From Vitreoscilla stercoraria DSM 513 (lineage in GTDB: Bacteria; Pseudomonadota; Gammaproteobacteria; Burkholderiales; Neisseriaceae): a stretch of DNA of 32,000 nt. This document shows positions 8,752-18,568 of this stretch, one piece after another (the first letter of the stretch is position 1; every line of letters starts with the position of its first letter). The stretch covers positions 134,293-166,292 of the forward strand of contig NZ_KB908021.1 in assembly GCF_000382305.1 (NCBI RefSeq), given 5' to 3'. The notes beneath the pieces were generated by a model. That model saw only the letters and a list, made by a program, of their open reading frames with translations, was not told the DNA's origin and did not search any database. Both the position numbers and the translations under genes were made by a program.

Positions 8752-9495
8752 TTATTTTTTCAATTCACGTTGGCGGCGGGTTTCAGACAAAACCATGCCA
8801 GAACTTACCGACACATTCAAGCTTTCAACCGTACCAAACATCGGAATTGACACCAAAGCATCGCAATGCTCGCGCGTCAAACGGCGCATGCCTTCGCCTT
8901 CGTTACCCATTACCCACGCCACCGACTGCGGCACATCGTAATGGTACAAATCGGCTTCGCCTTCCATATCCGTGCCGACAATCCAAATGCCTTCGTCTTT
9001 CAATTGGCGCATCGTGCGTGCCAAATTGGTCACGGTGATGTAGGGCACCACTTCAGCGGCACCACACGCCACCTTGCTGACAGTTGCATTCAAGCCAGCT
9101 GATTTGTCTTTCGGTGCAATCACCGCATGCACGCCCATCGCATCGGCCACACGCAAACACGCGCCTAAATTATGCGGATCGGTAATGCCATCCAAAATCA
9201 ATAAAAATGGCGGCTCGTTCAAGTTTTCCAATACATCATCTAAATCAACATGGTTTTTAGACGCATCGATAAAGCCCACTACACCTTGGTGGCGAGCGCC
9301 TTTGCTCAAAGTGTTCAAACGGTCCATATTGGCCAAAATCACACGCACGTTTTCAACGCCAGCTTTTTCCAACACATCACGCATGCGCGCGTCTTGTTTG
9401 CCTTCTAAAACGTACAATTCAATCACAGATTTTGGGTTTTGCCACAAACGGGCATTGACGGCATGAAAGCCGAAAATAAGGCGCGAATTCGCCAT
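8752..9495 (-). CDS. rlmB: 23S rRNA (guanosine-2'-O)-methyltransferase, TrmH/SpoU family
   Basis: It starts [13 protein letters not shown] and carries SpoU motifs ([30 protein letters not shown]). I trimmed the start to the ATG at 9495, which has the SD AAGGAA. Confidence 0.85.
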   Translation of the reverse strand: MANSRLIFGFHAVNARLWQNPKSVIELYVLEGKQDARMRDVLEKAGVENVRVILANMDRLNTLSKGARHQGVVGFIDASKNHVDLDDVLENLNEPPFLLILDGITDPHNLGACLRVADAMGVHAVIAPKDKSAGLNATVSKVACGAAEVVPYITVTNLARTMRQLKDEGIWIVGTDMEGEADLYHYDVPQSVAWVMGNEGEGMRRLTREHCDALVSIPMFGTVESLNVSVSSGMVLSETRRQRELKK

Positions 9496-9633
9496 GGTGA
9501 TTCCTTTAATGCTTAACAAGCGCCATCTTAACATATTTGCAGCAGCATCTTGAATTTGCATGCTGGCTATTTCAGTTTGCGCATCAGGCAGGTCTTGTTA
9601 AAATGTTTGTCATAACAAAACAAGGTGCACAAC

Positions 9634-10170
9634 ATGACACAAATACACACAGAAAAAGTTTTGGTTTGGGATATTTTCATTCGCATATTCCATTGGAGCA
9701 TGGTGGCGATTGTGGTTTGTAATTTGTTTTTATTGGAAGAAGGTGGGCAGTGGCACCAATATTTGGGCTATGCCGCTTGTATCTTGATGTTGCTGCGCAT
9801 TGTTTGGGGCTTTATTGGTAGCCCTTATGCTCGCTTTAAAGATTTTTTTCCGACACCAAGCAAATTCAAAGCCCATTTTCAAGCCATCCGCAACAAGCAA
9901 GCTGATGAGCATCTAGGACACAATCCTATGGGTGCGTTGATGATTTTTGCGTTAATAGCGGTTGTTTTGGGTTTGGGCTTTACAGGGTGGTCACAAACCA
10001 TGGAGTCTCCCTTTTATTTGGATTCTTGGCCAGCTGACCTACACGAATGGTTGGTCACTGTCTTACAAATTTTGGTGGTTTTGCATATTGCGGCAGTGAT
10101 GTTGATGAGTGTGTGGACGCGCACAGATTTGGTCGGTGCCATGCTGACAGGTCGTAAGAAAAAACGTTAA
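9634..10170 (+). CDS. Cytochrome b561 / Ni-Fe hydrogenase b-type cytochrome family membrane protein
   Basis: About 178 aa with 4 TM segments and conserved His in FHWSMV and HIAAV contexts. I prefer the ATG at 9634 over the GTG at 9625. Confidence 0.7.
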   Translation: MTQIHTEKVLVWDIFIRIFHWSMVAIVVCNLFLLEEGGQWHQYLGYAACILMLLRIVWGFIGSPYARFKDFFPTPSKFKAHFQAIRNKQADEHLGHNPMGALMIFALIAVVLGLGFTGWSQTMESPFYLDSWPADLHEWLVTVLQILVVLHIAAVMLMSVWTRTDLVGAMLTGRKKKR

Positions 10171-10189
10171 ACGTGATGAGATTAAAAAT

Positions 10190-10220
10190 AAGCGTCCTGT
10201 AAACATATTACAGGACGCTT
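10190..10220. terminator. Inverted pair of the uptake-sequence-like motif (bidirectional terminator)
   Basis: AAGCGTCCTGTAAAcataTTACAGGACGCTT between convergent genes. Confidence 0.8.
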
Positions 10221-10235
10221 ATTCAATTGGTTTTA

Positions 10236-11255
10236 TCATTCATGTGGTTTATAACGAGGCAAAGCCTTGCGATACGGTAAACGAATATCTACCCGAAACA
10301 AATTGCCTTGTTTGCCTGTTTTCAAAACCGCATCGGCGTCATACATCAGATGCAAACGCTCCGCCAAATTACCCATGGCCATCTGATTGCCTTTGCGTTT
10401 GTGTGGAATTGGATTTTCAGGAATGGGATTGTCAATGCGGATGTAAATCCAATCTTTTTGCATGCGAATATTGACGACAATTTCACCCGGCCTGTGGCTG
10501 GTTTCAATGCCGTGGTAAACCGCATTTTCCAATAAAGGCTGCAATAGCAAATGTGGCACTTCAGCATGTTCAGGTGCATCCACAGTCCATTTGCTTTTTA
10601 AGCGTTCCGCACCCATGCGTATGGTTTCAATGTCCAAATAGCCTTGCGCCAATTCAATTTCCCGTCCCAAAGTGCTCGATTGATTGGCATCTTTCAATTG
10701 CGCCCGAAACAAATCCGCCAAATTTTCTAAGACCATTTCAGCATCCGTCGGTCTGCTACGCACCAAAGCGATAGCGGCATTGAGGCTGTTAAACAAAAAA
10801 TGTGGGCGAATGCGTGCTGTTAAGGCCGCCAATTTCGCTTCGCTCAAAGCCGGCGACAGCGATTTTTCTAACAAGCCTTGGTAATGCATCAAGCCCCACA
10901 TATAAATGGACACCAAGAGCATGTCTACCAACCAATATTGGCGTGGAAACTCAAAAATTTTGGCGCAAAACATAAAAGACAACAAACTCACGCCCCATGT
11001 TAAAAACACACCATAACGATTGGCCATCAACCAACGATTACACAAAACCAAACTGGTCACGGTAATGATGACAAATGGCGCAATCCAAGAGCTCGATGAC
11101 AAGACATTTTCAAAATAATATCGTTGAAAATCAGAACGTAATAAGGGTGTGAGCAAGACCAAGATGCTTACTGAAAAAAAGATTCTTAAAATCACACCCA
11201 AATTTCTGAAGTCAGGCACTGCAAACAACACAGCAGGTTGGCGTATAATGCCCAT
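10236..11255 (-). CDS. Sensor histidine kinase, LytS/AlgZ/FimS family
   Basis: H-box RIRPHFLFNSLN and N-box LLLQPLLENAVYHG, with an N-terminal multi-TM region beginning MGIIRQPAVLFAVPDFRNLG. I trimmed the start to 11255 because the longer ORF would overlap the argH start. Confidence 0.85.
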   Translation of the reverse strand: MGIIRQPAVLFAVPDFRNLGVILRIFFSVSILVLLTPLLRSDFQRYYFENVLSSSSWIAPFVIITVTSLVLCNRWLMANRYGVFLTWGVSLLSFMFCAKIFEFPRQYWLVDMLLVSIYMWGLMHYQGLLEKSLSPALSEAKLAALTARIRPHFLFNSLNAAIALVRSRPTDAEMVLENLADLFRAQLKDANQSSTLGREIELAQGYLDIETIRMGAERLKSKWTVDAPEHAEVPHLLLQPLLENAVYHGIETSHRPGEIVVNIRMQKDWIYIRIDNPIPENPIPHKRKGNQMAMGNLAERLHLMYDADAVLKTGKQGNLFRVDIRLPYRKALPRYKPHE

Positions 11256-11282
11256 TTTGGCTAACTTTCGCAGGATAACAGC

Positions 11283-12662
11283 ATGCATGATAACAAAACT
11301 TGGTCGGGTCGTTTCAACGAGCCTGTCTCTGAATTGGTGAAAAAATACACGGGTTCTATTGATTTTGACAAACGCTTGGCCACTTGGGACATTCAAGGCT
11401 CTTTGGCACATGCGCAAATGTTGCAAAAAGTAGGCGTTTTGTCTGAGCAAGATTTGGCTGATATTCAGCAAGGCATGGCTGAAATCTTAGAAGACATCCA
11501 AAATGGTCGCATCGAGTGGTCTTTGGATTTAGAAGACGTGCACATGAATATTGAGCGTCGCTTGACCGACAAAATTGGTGACGCGGGCAAACGTTTGCAT
11601 ACAGGCCGCTCACGCAATGACCAAGTGGCAACCGACATTCGTTTGTGGTTGCGCGATGAAATTACTGTGATTCAAGACTTGATTCGTGCTTTGCAAACAT
11701 CTTTGTTAGATTTGGCTGAAGAAAACGTGGATGTGGTGATGCCAGGCTTCACGCATTTACAGGTCGCTCAACCAGTGAGTTTTGGTCATCACATGCTCGC
11801 TTATGTGGAAATGTTAGGTCGCGACTTTGAACGCATGGTCGATTGCCGCAAACGTGTGAACCGCATGCCTTTGGGCGCGGCAGCATTGGCGGGCACCACT
11901 TACCCAATCGATCGCACGATTACAGCTGAATTGTTGGGCTTTGAGCAAATTTGTCAAAACTCATTGGACGCGGTGTCAGATCGTGATTTTGCGATTGAAT
12001 TTACCGCAGCTGCCAGCTTGGTGATGGTGCATTTGTCGCGTTTGAGCGAAGAATTGATTTTGTGGATGAGCCCGCGCGTGGGCTTCATCGACATTGCTGA
12101 CCGTTTCTGTACGGGTTCATCCATCATGCCACAAAAGAAAAACCCAGATGTGCCAGAATTGGTGCGTGGCAAATCAGGCCGTGTAGTAGGTCATTTGATG
12201 GGCATGATAGTATTGATGAAATCGCAACCTTTGGCCTACAACAAAGACAACCAAGAAGACAAAGAGCCTTTGTTTGATACGGTTGACACTTTGGTCGACA
12301 CTTTGCGCATTTACGCTGACATGATGCGCGGTGTGACGGTGAAAGCGGACAACATGCGTGCGGCAGTGATGCAAGGCTTTGCGATGGCCACCGATTTGGC
12401 TGATTACTTGGTGAAAAAAGGCATGCCATTCCGTGACAGCCACGAAGTGGTGGCTTTGGCAGTGCGTTTTGCCGATGGCAAAGGTGTGGATTTGAGCGAA
12501 TTGGCGTTTGAAGAATTGGCACAATTCAGTGATTTGATTGCCGAAGATGTGTTTGAATATTTAACACCAGAAGGCGCTTTGAATGCGCGTGACCATGTGG
12601 GTGGTACGGCACCGAACCAAGTGCGTGCACAAATTGCCCGTTGGCGTGAACTGATGGCTTAA
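11283..12662 (+). CDS. argH: Argininosuccinate lyase
   Basis: 459 aa with [20 protein letters not shown] and the signature [12 protein letters not shown]. Confidence 0.95.
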   Translation: MHDNKTWSGRFNEPVSELVKKYTGSIDFDKRLATWDIQGSLAHAQMLQKVGVLSEQDLADIQQGMAEILEDIQNGRIEWSLDLEDVHMNIERRLTDKIGDAGKRLHTGRSRNDQVATDIRLWLRDEITVIQDLIRALQTSLLDLAEENVDVVMPGFTHLQVAQPVSFGHHMLAYVEMLGRDFERMVDCRKRVNRMPLGAAALAGTTYPIDRTITAELLGFEQICQNSLDAVSDRDFAIEFTAAASLVMVHLSRLSEELILWMSPRVGFIDIADRFCTGSSIMPQKKNPDVPELVRGKSGRVVGHLMGMIVLMKSQPLAYNKDNQEDKEPLFDTVDTLVDTLRIYADMMRGVTVKADNMRAAVMQGFAMATDLADYLVKKGMPFRDSHEVVALAVRFADGKGVDLSELAFEELAQFSDLIAEDVFEYLTPEGALNARDHVGGTAPNQVRAQIARWRELMA

Positions 12663-12690
12663 TCGATTGATTTAAGCCAATCAACCATAT

Positions 12691-12719
12691 AAGCGTCCTG
12701 TAATCTTTACAGGACGCTT
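12691..12719. terminator. Inverted pair of the uptake-sequence-like motif (bidirectional terminator)
   Basis: AAGCGTCCTGTAAtcTTTACAGGACGCTT followed by a T-run, between argH and sixA. Confidence 0.8.
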
Positions 12720-12743
12720 TTTTGCCATCATTGCTGTCCAAAT

Positions 12744-13211
12744 TTATCCATGATTTAAAAAAGCAGGTGTTAAAGACGCCACCAATGTGGTGTCCAAACG
12801 CTCTAAATTCATCTGCACACGCAACCACACAAACCCGCCTTTTTTAATTGTCCAATAATCATTGTGTTGTACGCCACCGTTCATACAATGTTCCCACACT
12901 TGCCCCAACCACGGTTGATGACCGATGACCAGCAAATTGGTTTTGTGTTGCGCCAGCAATAAAGGCAAAATATCTTGGTAATGGCTATCAGGATTGAGCT
13001 CGCTTTTGACATGGGTATGGTCGGTTAAAAAAGCGGCTGTTTCAATGCTGCGGTCGGCTTCTGAAGTCCATACAACGGTGTTTTTAGGCAAACGAGGTGC
13101 CAAATAAGCAGCCATGTCTTGTGCTTGTTGTTGTCCTTTACGGGTCAGCTTGCGACGGATGTCTGGTGTGCCATCAACGGCTTGGGCATGTCGCCATAAA
13201 ATCAAGTCCAT
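12744..13211 (-). CDS. sixA: Phosphohistidine phosphatase SixA
   Basis: The MDLILWRHAQA start carries the RH catalytic motif, and the size is about 155 aa. I trimmed the start to the ATG at 13211. Confidence 0.75.
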   Translation of the reverse strand: MDLILWRHAQAVDGTPDIRRKLTRKGQQQAQDMAAYLAPRLPKNTVVWTSEADRSIETAAFLTDHTHVKSELNPDSHYQDILPLLLAQHKTNLLVIGHQPWLGQVWEHCMNGGVQHNDYWTIKKGGFVWLRVQMNLERLDTTLVASLTPAFLNHG

Positions 13212-13263
13212 ATTTGCTCCAAAAAGGTTTGCTTTAATTGATGTGCAAGGCATAATGTTTGTC

Positions 13264-13767
13264 ATGAACCCATTGAATATTTGGTTATCATGTCAAGGCT
13301 TTAAGCTTGATGATAACATGACTTATCTGAACACATTATTACCAGCCATTCCTCTCACCCAAGCCTTACAACAGCTGCATGCGGATTTTTCAGTGCAAGT
13401 GTTGCATTTGGGTGTGGATGATGTGTGGCATGATGAACAAGATTGCATTGGCACCCACCGTGGTTTTAGCCGCGAAGTGTGTTTGTCTTTACAAAATCAT
13501 GCTGTGGTGTGGGCGCGCAGTGTCTGTGCTCACGATGCGCATCCGTGGCATGAAATTGTGCAATGTGGCACGCAGCCATTAGGCATGCGCTTATACCAAT
13601 TGCCGCTTAAGCGCACTGAATTTGAATATGCTTATTTATCGCCTGAGCATCCAGCCAATCCCAGCAATCAAACCATCGTCTCACGCCGTTCGTGTTTTTA
13701 TTTACAGGACGGCTCACCTTTATTATTGACCGAAAGTTTTTTACCTTCTTTGAAAAATTATGAATGA
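13264..13767 (+). CDS. ubiC: Chorismate pyruvate-lyase
   Basis: The C-terminal [22 protein letters not shown] matches E. coli UbiC [20 protein letters not shown]. It overlaps and precedes ubiA. The start is uncertain (13264 or 13318). Confidence 0.7.
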   Translation: MNPLNIWLSCQGFKLDDNMTYLNTLLPAIPLTQALQQLHADFSVQVLHLGVDDVWHDEQDCIGTHRGFSREVCLSLQNHAVVWARSVCAHDAHPWHEIVQCGTQPLGMRLYQLPLKRTEFEYAYLSPEHPANPSNQTIVSRRSCFYLQDGSPLLLTESFLPSLKNYE

Positions 13768-14644
13768 TTCTACAAAGGCTTTGACTTGGAAGCAAAAGTT
13801 ACAAGTGTATGGGCGCTTGATGCGCGTGGAAAAACCCATTGGCACGCTGCTGTTGTTGTGGCCGACTTATTGGGCGTTGTGGATTGCCTCTGATGGAAAC
13901 CCAGATTGGTTAATTGTCTTCGCCTTTACCTTGGGTACATTTTTAATGCGCAGTGCTGGCTGTGTGATTAATGATTATGCTGACCGTGATATTGATGGCG
14001 CAGTGGCACGTACTAAGGCACGCCCATTTGCGCAAGGTCAAGTGACTCAAAAAGAAGCCTTGCTTTTGACAGCTGCATTGTGTTTGATAGCAGGATTGTG
14101 TTTGTTGCCTTTAAATACATTGACATGGTGGATGAGTTTGCCTGCGGTATTTTTGGCAATCACTTACCCATTTACCAAACGCTTTTTCCCCATTCCTCAA
14201 TTGTATTTAGGCTTTGCTTTCTCGTTTGGTATTCCTATGGCGTTTGCGGCGGAAACCAATGCCGTTCCTGCCTTGGCATGGTTGTTGTTCAGCGCCAATG
14301 TGATTTGGACGATTGCTTACGATACGTGTTATGCGATGGCAGACAAAGAAGATGATTTAAAATTAAATATCAAAACATCAGCCATCACTTTTGGTGATTA
14401 TGATGTTGCTGCGGTCATGTTATGTCATGCTATCTTCATTTTATTGATGGTGATTGTGGGCATTCAGATTGATGCAACTTGGCCATATTGGTTGGCTTTA
14501 ATGGCGTGTGTGGCGCATCAGTATTGGCAATACACACAAATTAAACATCGTGACAGACAAAAGTGTTTTGAAGTGTTTTTGAAAAACAATCGCATCGGTT
14601 TGATGATCTTTATTGGCTTGGTTTTACATTACTGCTGGTCTTGA
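13760..14644 (+). CDS. ubiA: 4-hydroxybenzoate polyprenyltransferase
   Basis: 294 aa with the UbiA motifs [13 protein letters not shown] and [13 protein letters not shown]. It overlaps the ubiC stop by 8 nt. Confidence 0.9.
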   Translation: MNDSTKALTWKQKLQVYGRLMRVEKPIGTLLLLWPTYWALWIASDGNPDWLIVFAFTLGTFLMRSAGCVINDYADRDIDGAVARTKARPFAQGQVTQKEALLLTAALCLIAGLCLLPLNTLTWWMSLPAVFLAITYPFTKRFFPIPQLYLGFAFSFGIPMAFAAETNAVPALAWLLFSANVIWTIAYDTCYAMADKEDDLKLNIKTSAITFGDYDVAAVMLCHAIFILLMVIVGIQIDATWPYWLALMACVAHQYWQYTQIKHRDRQKCFEVFLKNNRIGLMIFIGLVLHYCWS

Positions 14645-14679
14645 GCATGCTTTTGCGTTAAAAGTCAACATTGTCAATA

Positions 14680-14707
14680 CGGCCTGAAACGCATAGAATT
14701 CAGGCCG
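14680..14707 (+). terminator. Hairpin after ubiA (weak terminator or ptsN leader structure)
   Basis: 9-bp stem CGGCCTGAA / TTCAGGCCG with a 10-nt loop. Only a weak T-tract follows. Confidence 0.4.
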
Positions 14708-14730
14708 CATTGTTAAGAAAGTGAAAAAAC

Positions 14731-15186
14731 ATGGTAATGAATGTGATAGGTGACATCCTACCTCTAGACCACATTGTGTTAGATTTGCCCGTTAGCAGTA
14801 AAAAACGTTTGTTTGAACAAATTGGCTTGTTGATTGAAAATCGTGCTGACATTGCCCGAGGCAATGTTTTTGAATGTTTGTTTGCCCGTGAAAAACTGGG
14901 CTCTACCGCGCTCGGTCACGGCGTTGCTATCCCACATGGTCGCTATGCTGGCTTAAGCCAACCCATTGGTGCTTTTATCCGTACCCAAGAGCCAATTGGT
15001 TTTGATGCACCTGATACCAAGCCAGTTAATCTTATTTTTGCTTTATTGGTGCCTGAAGGTGCCAACAGCATCCATTTAGAAGTATTGTCCCATTTGGCCA
15101 CCCGTTTTTCATCCAAAACCGTGCGTGAGCAATTGCTGCAAGCCAACGATGCCCAAACCATTCAAGCCATTTTGATGGCCGAATAA
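14731..15186 (+). CDS. ptsN: PTS IIA-like nitrogen regulatory protein PtsN
   Basis: 151 aa with the active-site context [10 protein letters not shown]. It lies upstream of hprK and rapZ. Confidence 0.85.
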   Translation: MVMNVIGDILPLDHIVLDLPVSSKKRLFEQIGLLIENRADIARGNVFECLFAREKLGSTALGHGVAIPHGRYAGLSQPIGAFIRTQEPIGFDAPDTKPVNLIFALLVPEGANSIHLEVLSHLATRFSSKTVREQLLQANDAQTIQAILMAE

Positions 15187-15197
15187 GCGAGATTTCT

Positions 15198-16160
15198 ATG
15201 CCCAGTATTTCAGTACGCCGCCTGTATCAAGACAACCAACACAAATTAAAATTGGCATGGGCTGCAGGCACTGCAGGCATAGACAATCGCATCAGCATTG
15301 AGGCGGATAAACCTTTACTGGCTTTGGTCGGTCATTTGAATTTCATTCATCCAAACCAAGTGCAGGTTTTGGGCAGTGCTGAAGTGAATTACTTAAATGA
15401 TTTGGAAGCCAGTAAAGTTCGTACCAGTTTGAATGAATTGTTTGGTCGAACCATTGCCGTGGTGATTGTGGCCAATGATTTGCCCGTACCTTTTTTATTG
15501 CGTGATTATTGCCATACCCACAACGTGCCTTTATTGACATCTAAGCTAGAAAGTCCCTACTTGATGGACGTCTTGCGCATTTATTTACAGCGCGCTTTGG
15601 CAGCTTCAACCGTCATGCATGGTGTGTTTTTAGATGTATTTGAAGTCGGTGTGCTGTTGATGGGCAAATCAGGCTTGGGTAAAAGTGAGTTGGCACTGGA
15701 GTTGATTTCGCGTGGTCATGGTTTGGTGGCGGACGATGCAGTGGAATTGTACCGCATTGGTCCTGAAACCTTAGAAGGGCGTTGTCCGCCTGTATTGCGA
15801 GACTTTTTAGAAGTTCGTGGTTTGGGCGTCCTGAATATTCGTGCCATTTTCGGTGAAACAGCCATTCGTCCTAAAAAACCCTTAAAACTGATTATCAACT
15901 TGGTCAATGCCGATGACCAGTTGATGCAAAGTTTGGACAGATTGAGCATACAAAGCGAAAAACAAGACATTTTGAATGTCCACATTCGCAAAGTCAGCAT
16001 TCCTGTTGCGGCAGGTCGAAACTTGGCGGTTTTGGTAGAAGCGGCTGTACGCAATTTTATTTTGCAAAGTCGTGGTTTAGACAGCACCAAACAATTTATT
16101 GAGCGTCATACCCAAGTCTTGAAAGAGGATCAATTGAACGATGAGAGTCATTCTGATTAG
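15198..16160 (+). CDS. hprK: HPr kinase/phosphorylase
   Basis: 320 aa with the Walker [16 protein letters not shown], followed by LVADD and LEVRGLG. Confidence 0.9.
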   Translation: MPSISVRRLYQDNQHKLKLAWAAGTAGIDNRISIEADKPLLALVGHLNFIHPNQVQVLGSAEVNYLNDLEASKVRTSLNELFGRTIAVVIVANDLPVPFLLRDYCHTHNVPLLTSKLESPYLMDVLRIYLQRALAASTVMHGVFLDVFEVGVLLMGKSGLGKSELALELISRGHGLVADDAVELYRIGPETLEGRCPPVLRDFLEVRGLGVLNIRAIFGETAIRPKKPLKLIINLVNADDQLMQSLDRLSIQSEKQDILNVHIRKVSIPVAAGRNLAVLVEAAVRNFILQSRGLDSTKQFIERHTQVLKEDQLNDESHSD

Positions 16161-16983
16161 TGGTTTGTCCGGTTCTGGCAAATCCATTGCTTTAAAGTCA
16201 TTGGAAGATTTGGGTTTTTTTTGTGTTGATAATTTGCCATTGGAATTATTACCACATTTGGTGATGTGGTATCAATCCAAATCAGACACCAAACATTTGG
16301 CCATTTGCTTGGACATGCGCGCTGGCATGAGTCAGGAACATTTCTTACCCATGTTAGAGGCCATTAAAAAATCAGTGCGTCAATTTGATGTATTGTATTT
16401 GGAAGCCAAAACCGAAATACTGCTCAATCGTTTTTCAGAAACCCGTCGCCGTCATCCTTTAACCCATGATAATTGTACCTTAGCCGAGGCTTTAAAATAC
16501 GAGCGAGAATGGTTGTATCCTTTGCGTGAACATGCGCATGTTGTAGACACCAGTGCTTTGTCCACACCTAAATTGCGCCAATACATTACAGCATGGGTCA
16601 ATTTGCCTAAAAGCAATTTGCAAATCGTGTTTCAATCGTTTGGTTTTAAATATGGCATACCCAGCGATGCTGATTTTGTTTTGGATGTCAGAAGCTTACC
16701 CAACCCTCATTACGAAGCCTCATTACGCGCTTTAACAGGGAAAGATAAGCCAGTAGCCATCTATTTTAAAGCCAACCCTGTGGTGCAAGACATGATTAAT
16801 GACATCACAGCATATCTCAATAAATGGTTACCACGCATTGAACAAGAGAATCGCAGTTATGTTACCGTTGCCATAGGCTGTACAGGTGGGCAACATCGTT
16901 CTGTCTATATCGTAGAACAATTGGCGTTGTCGTTCAAAGCGGCCAGTAAAAATGAAGTTTTAATACGCCACCGTCAGTTATAG
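16141..16983 (+). CDS. rapZ: RNase adapter protein RapZ
   Basis: [16 protein letters not shown]-loop and the C-terminal CTGGQHRSV motif. It overlaps hprK by 20 nt. Confidence 0.9.
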   Translation: MRVILISGLSGSGKSIALKSLEDLGFFCVDNLPLELLPHLVMWYQSKSDTKHLAICLDMRAGMSQEHFLPMLEAIKKSVRQFDVLYLEAKTEILLNRFSETRRRHPLTHDNCTLAEALKYEREWLYPLREHAHVVDTSALSTPKLRQYITAWVNLPKSNLQIVFQSFGFKYGIPSDADFVLDVRSLPNPHYEASLRALTGKDKPVAIYFKANPVVQDMINDITAYLNKWLPRIEQENRSYVTVAIGCTGGQHRSVYIVEQLALSFKAASKNEVLIRHRQL

Positions 16984-16987
16984 TCTT

Positions 16988-17017
16988 TTGCCGAAGCCAA
17001 ACCAATTCAGGTATAAT
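16988..17017 (+). promoter_or_regulatory. Candidate sigma70 promoter for rbgA
   Basis: TTGCCG (16988-16993), an 18-nt spacer, then a perfect TATAAT (17012-17017), 30 nt upstream of the ATG. Confidence 0.35.
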
Positions 17018-17046
17018 AATCGGTTTTGATACGAAAGCAGTGATTT

Positions 17047-17979
17047 ATGGCTATCCAATGGTTTCCCGGTCACATGAACAAGGCCAAAAAGGCGATTATT
17101 GACCGCATGAAGTCGGTTGATATGGTGATTGAGGTGTTGGATGCCCGTCTGCCTGGCTCTAGTGCCAATCCTTTGCTCGAAAGCATCTCTGCTCGCAAAC
17201 CCAAGCTTAAAATTTTGAACAAACGAGATTTGGCGGATGATGCGCGTACGCAGTTGTGGTTAGATTATTACAACAGCCAATTTCAAACCCAATCGATTGC
17301 TTTGGATGCATCGGAACGTGGCAATGTCACCAAAGTGATTCAAGCGAGCCGCCAATTGGTACCTAGTCGCAATGGTTTAGACAAGCCTTTGCGTGTGTTG
17401 ATTTGTGGTATTCCTAACGTAGGCAAATCGACCTTAATCAACAGCATGATAGGCAAAAAATCGGCTAAAACAGGCAATGAGCCAGGCATTACCAAAGCCG
17501 AACAACGCCTGTTTTTAGCTGATGATTTTTGGTTATACGATACTCCAGGCATGTTGTGGCCTAAAATTATTGTGCCTGAAGGTGGCTACAATCTTGCGGC
17601 AAGTGGTGCAGTCGGTCGCAACGCTTTGGATGAAGAAGAAGTCAGCTTGGAATTGATTAAATATTTAAGCAAACACAAACATTATCGCGACTTATTGGCA
17701 GCACGTTATAAAATTGATGAAGACGATGCGGAGCTAGACACATGGCGTGAGGAAACATGGTTAGAAACCATTGCCCGTCGCCGTGGTACGATTTTAGGTG
17801 GTGGTCGCATCGATTACCAAAAAGCTTCTGAGATTGTATTGACTGATTTTCGCAGTGGCTACATGGGCAAAATCACGTTGGAATTGCCAAATGAATGGCT
17901 TAAATGGTTGGCAGATGCACGTGTGGCAGAGACAAAGCTGCATGAAGAGCGTGCTCGTCGTGAAGCTGAACGCAAATAA
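17047..17979 (+). CDS. rbgA: Ribosome biogenesis GTPase A (YlqF/RbgA)
   Basis: MAIQWFPGHM start with circularly permuted G motifs (NKRDL, then GIPNVGKST, then DTPG). Confidence 0.85.
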   Translation: MAIQWFPGHMNKAKKAIIDRMKSVDMVIEVLDARLPGSSANPLLESISARKPKLKILNKRDLADDARTQLWLDYYNSQFQTQSIALDASERGNVTKVIQASRQLVPSRNGLDKPLRVLICGIPNVGKSTLINSMIGKKSAKTGNEPGITKAEQRLFLADDFWLYDTPGMLWPKIIVPEGGYNLAASGAVGRNALDEEEVSLELIKYLSKHKHYRDLLAARYKIDEDDAELDTWREETWLETIARRRGTILGGGRIDYQKASEIVLTDFRSGYMGKITLELPNEWLKWLADARVAETKLHEERARREAERK

Positions 17980-18530
17980 TGGCTTTACAAGCAGAATGTT
18001 TGCTTGAAGCTTTGCTATTGACGCAAAACCGAGCCATTACAGAGCGTGAATTACGCCAGCAAACCGAGCCGATGCTCCATCAACAGCAATTAGATGTCAT
18101 TATGGCAGTCTTACAACAACGCTGGCGTGATCGTGGTTTGGCATTGGTGAAAACGGCTGAAGGTTGGCGTTTTCATGCTGTGGCAGAAGTCACAGAGCGT
18201 TTGGAGCATTTGCATGCTGAAAAACCGCCACGATATTCCCGCGCCGTCATGGAAACTTTGGCCATCATTGCTTATCAACAACCTGTCACCCGTGGCGACA
18301 TTGAAGCCATACGTGGTGTCAATGTCTCTAGCCAAGTCATACAAACTTTGACTGAACGTGGTTGGATAGAGTGCATTGGTCACAAAGACAGTTTGGGTAA
18401 ACCTGCTTTGTGGGCAACCACAGGCCAATTTTTGGCGGATGTACAATTACAAGATTTAGGCGAATTACCGCCTTTAACCGAATTAGGGCATTTGATTGTG
18501 CCCGAAACCAGCAACCCTGCCGCTGAATAA
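17979..18530 (+). CDS. scpB: Segregation and condensation protein B
   Basis: 183 aa containing LSRAVMETLAIIAYQQPVTRGDIEAIRGV. Its start overlaps the rbgA stop (TAATG). Confidence 0.85.
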   Translation: MALQAECLLEALLLTQNRAITERELRQQTEPMLHQQQLDVIMAVLQQRWRDRGLALVKTAEGWRFHAVAEVTERLEHLHAEKPPRYSRAVMETLAIIAYQQPVTRGDIEAIRGVNVSSQVIQTLTERGWIECIGHKDSLGKPALWATTGQFLADVQLQDLGELPPLTELGHLIVPETSNPAAE

Positions 18531-18568
18531 GCCGCAGAAGAACCTCATTAGAGGGTTAGGAGATGAAT

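Noticed and set aside
11256-11471. N-terminal extensions of ORFs in the track: the kinase to 11471, rlmB to 9561, sixA to 13265, metY from 19855, ubiC from 13114 and xthA from 7262.
   Set aside because: The extensions overlap neighbouring genes or lack SD sequences. Internal starts give canonical N-termini ([43 protein letters not shown]).
14680-14707. The CGGCCTGAA/TTCAGGCCG hairpin as a second, Neisseria/Kingella-like DUS (CCTGAA core). The GCCGTCTG at 7246-7253 on the minus strand was considered the same way.
   Set aside because: Each occurs once. Other CCTGAA hits are scattered in coding sequence with no shared flanks, so there is no over-representation.
16214-16221. Homopolymer tracts as phase-variation switches: T8 in rapZ codons at 16214-16221, A8 upstream of the NIPSNAP gene at 1024-1031, and A8 at 2925-2932.
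   Set aside because: The tracts are short for contingency loci. They sit in a housekeeping gene or in AT-rich spacers, and there are no poly-G/C or tetranucleotide repeats.
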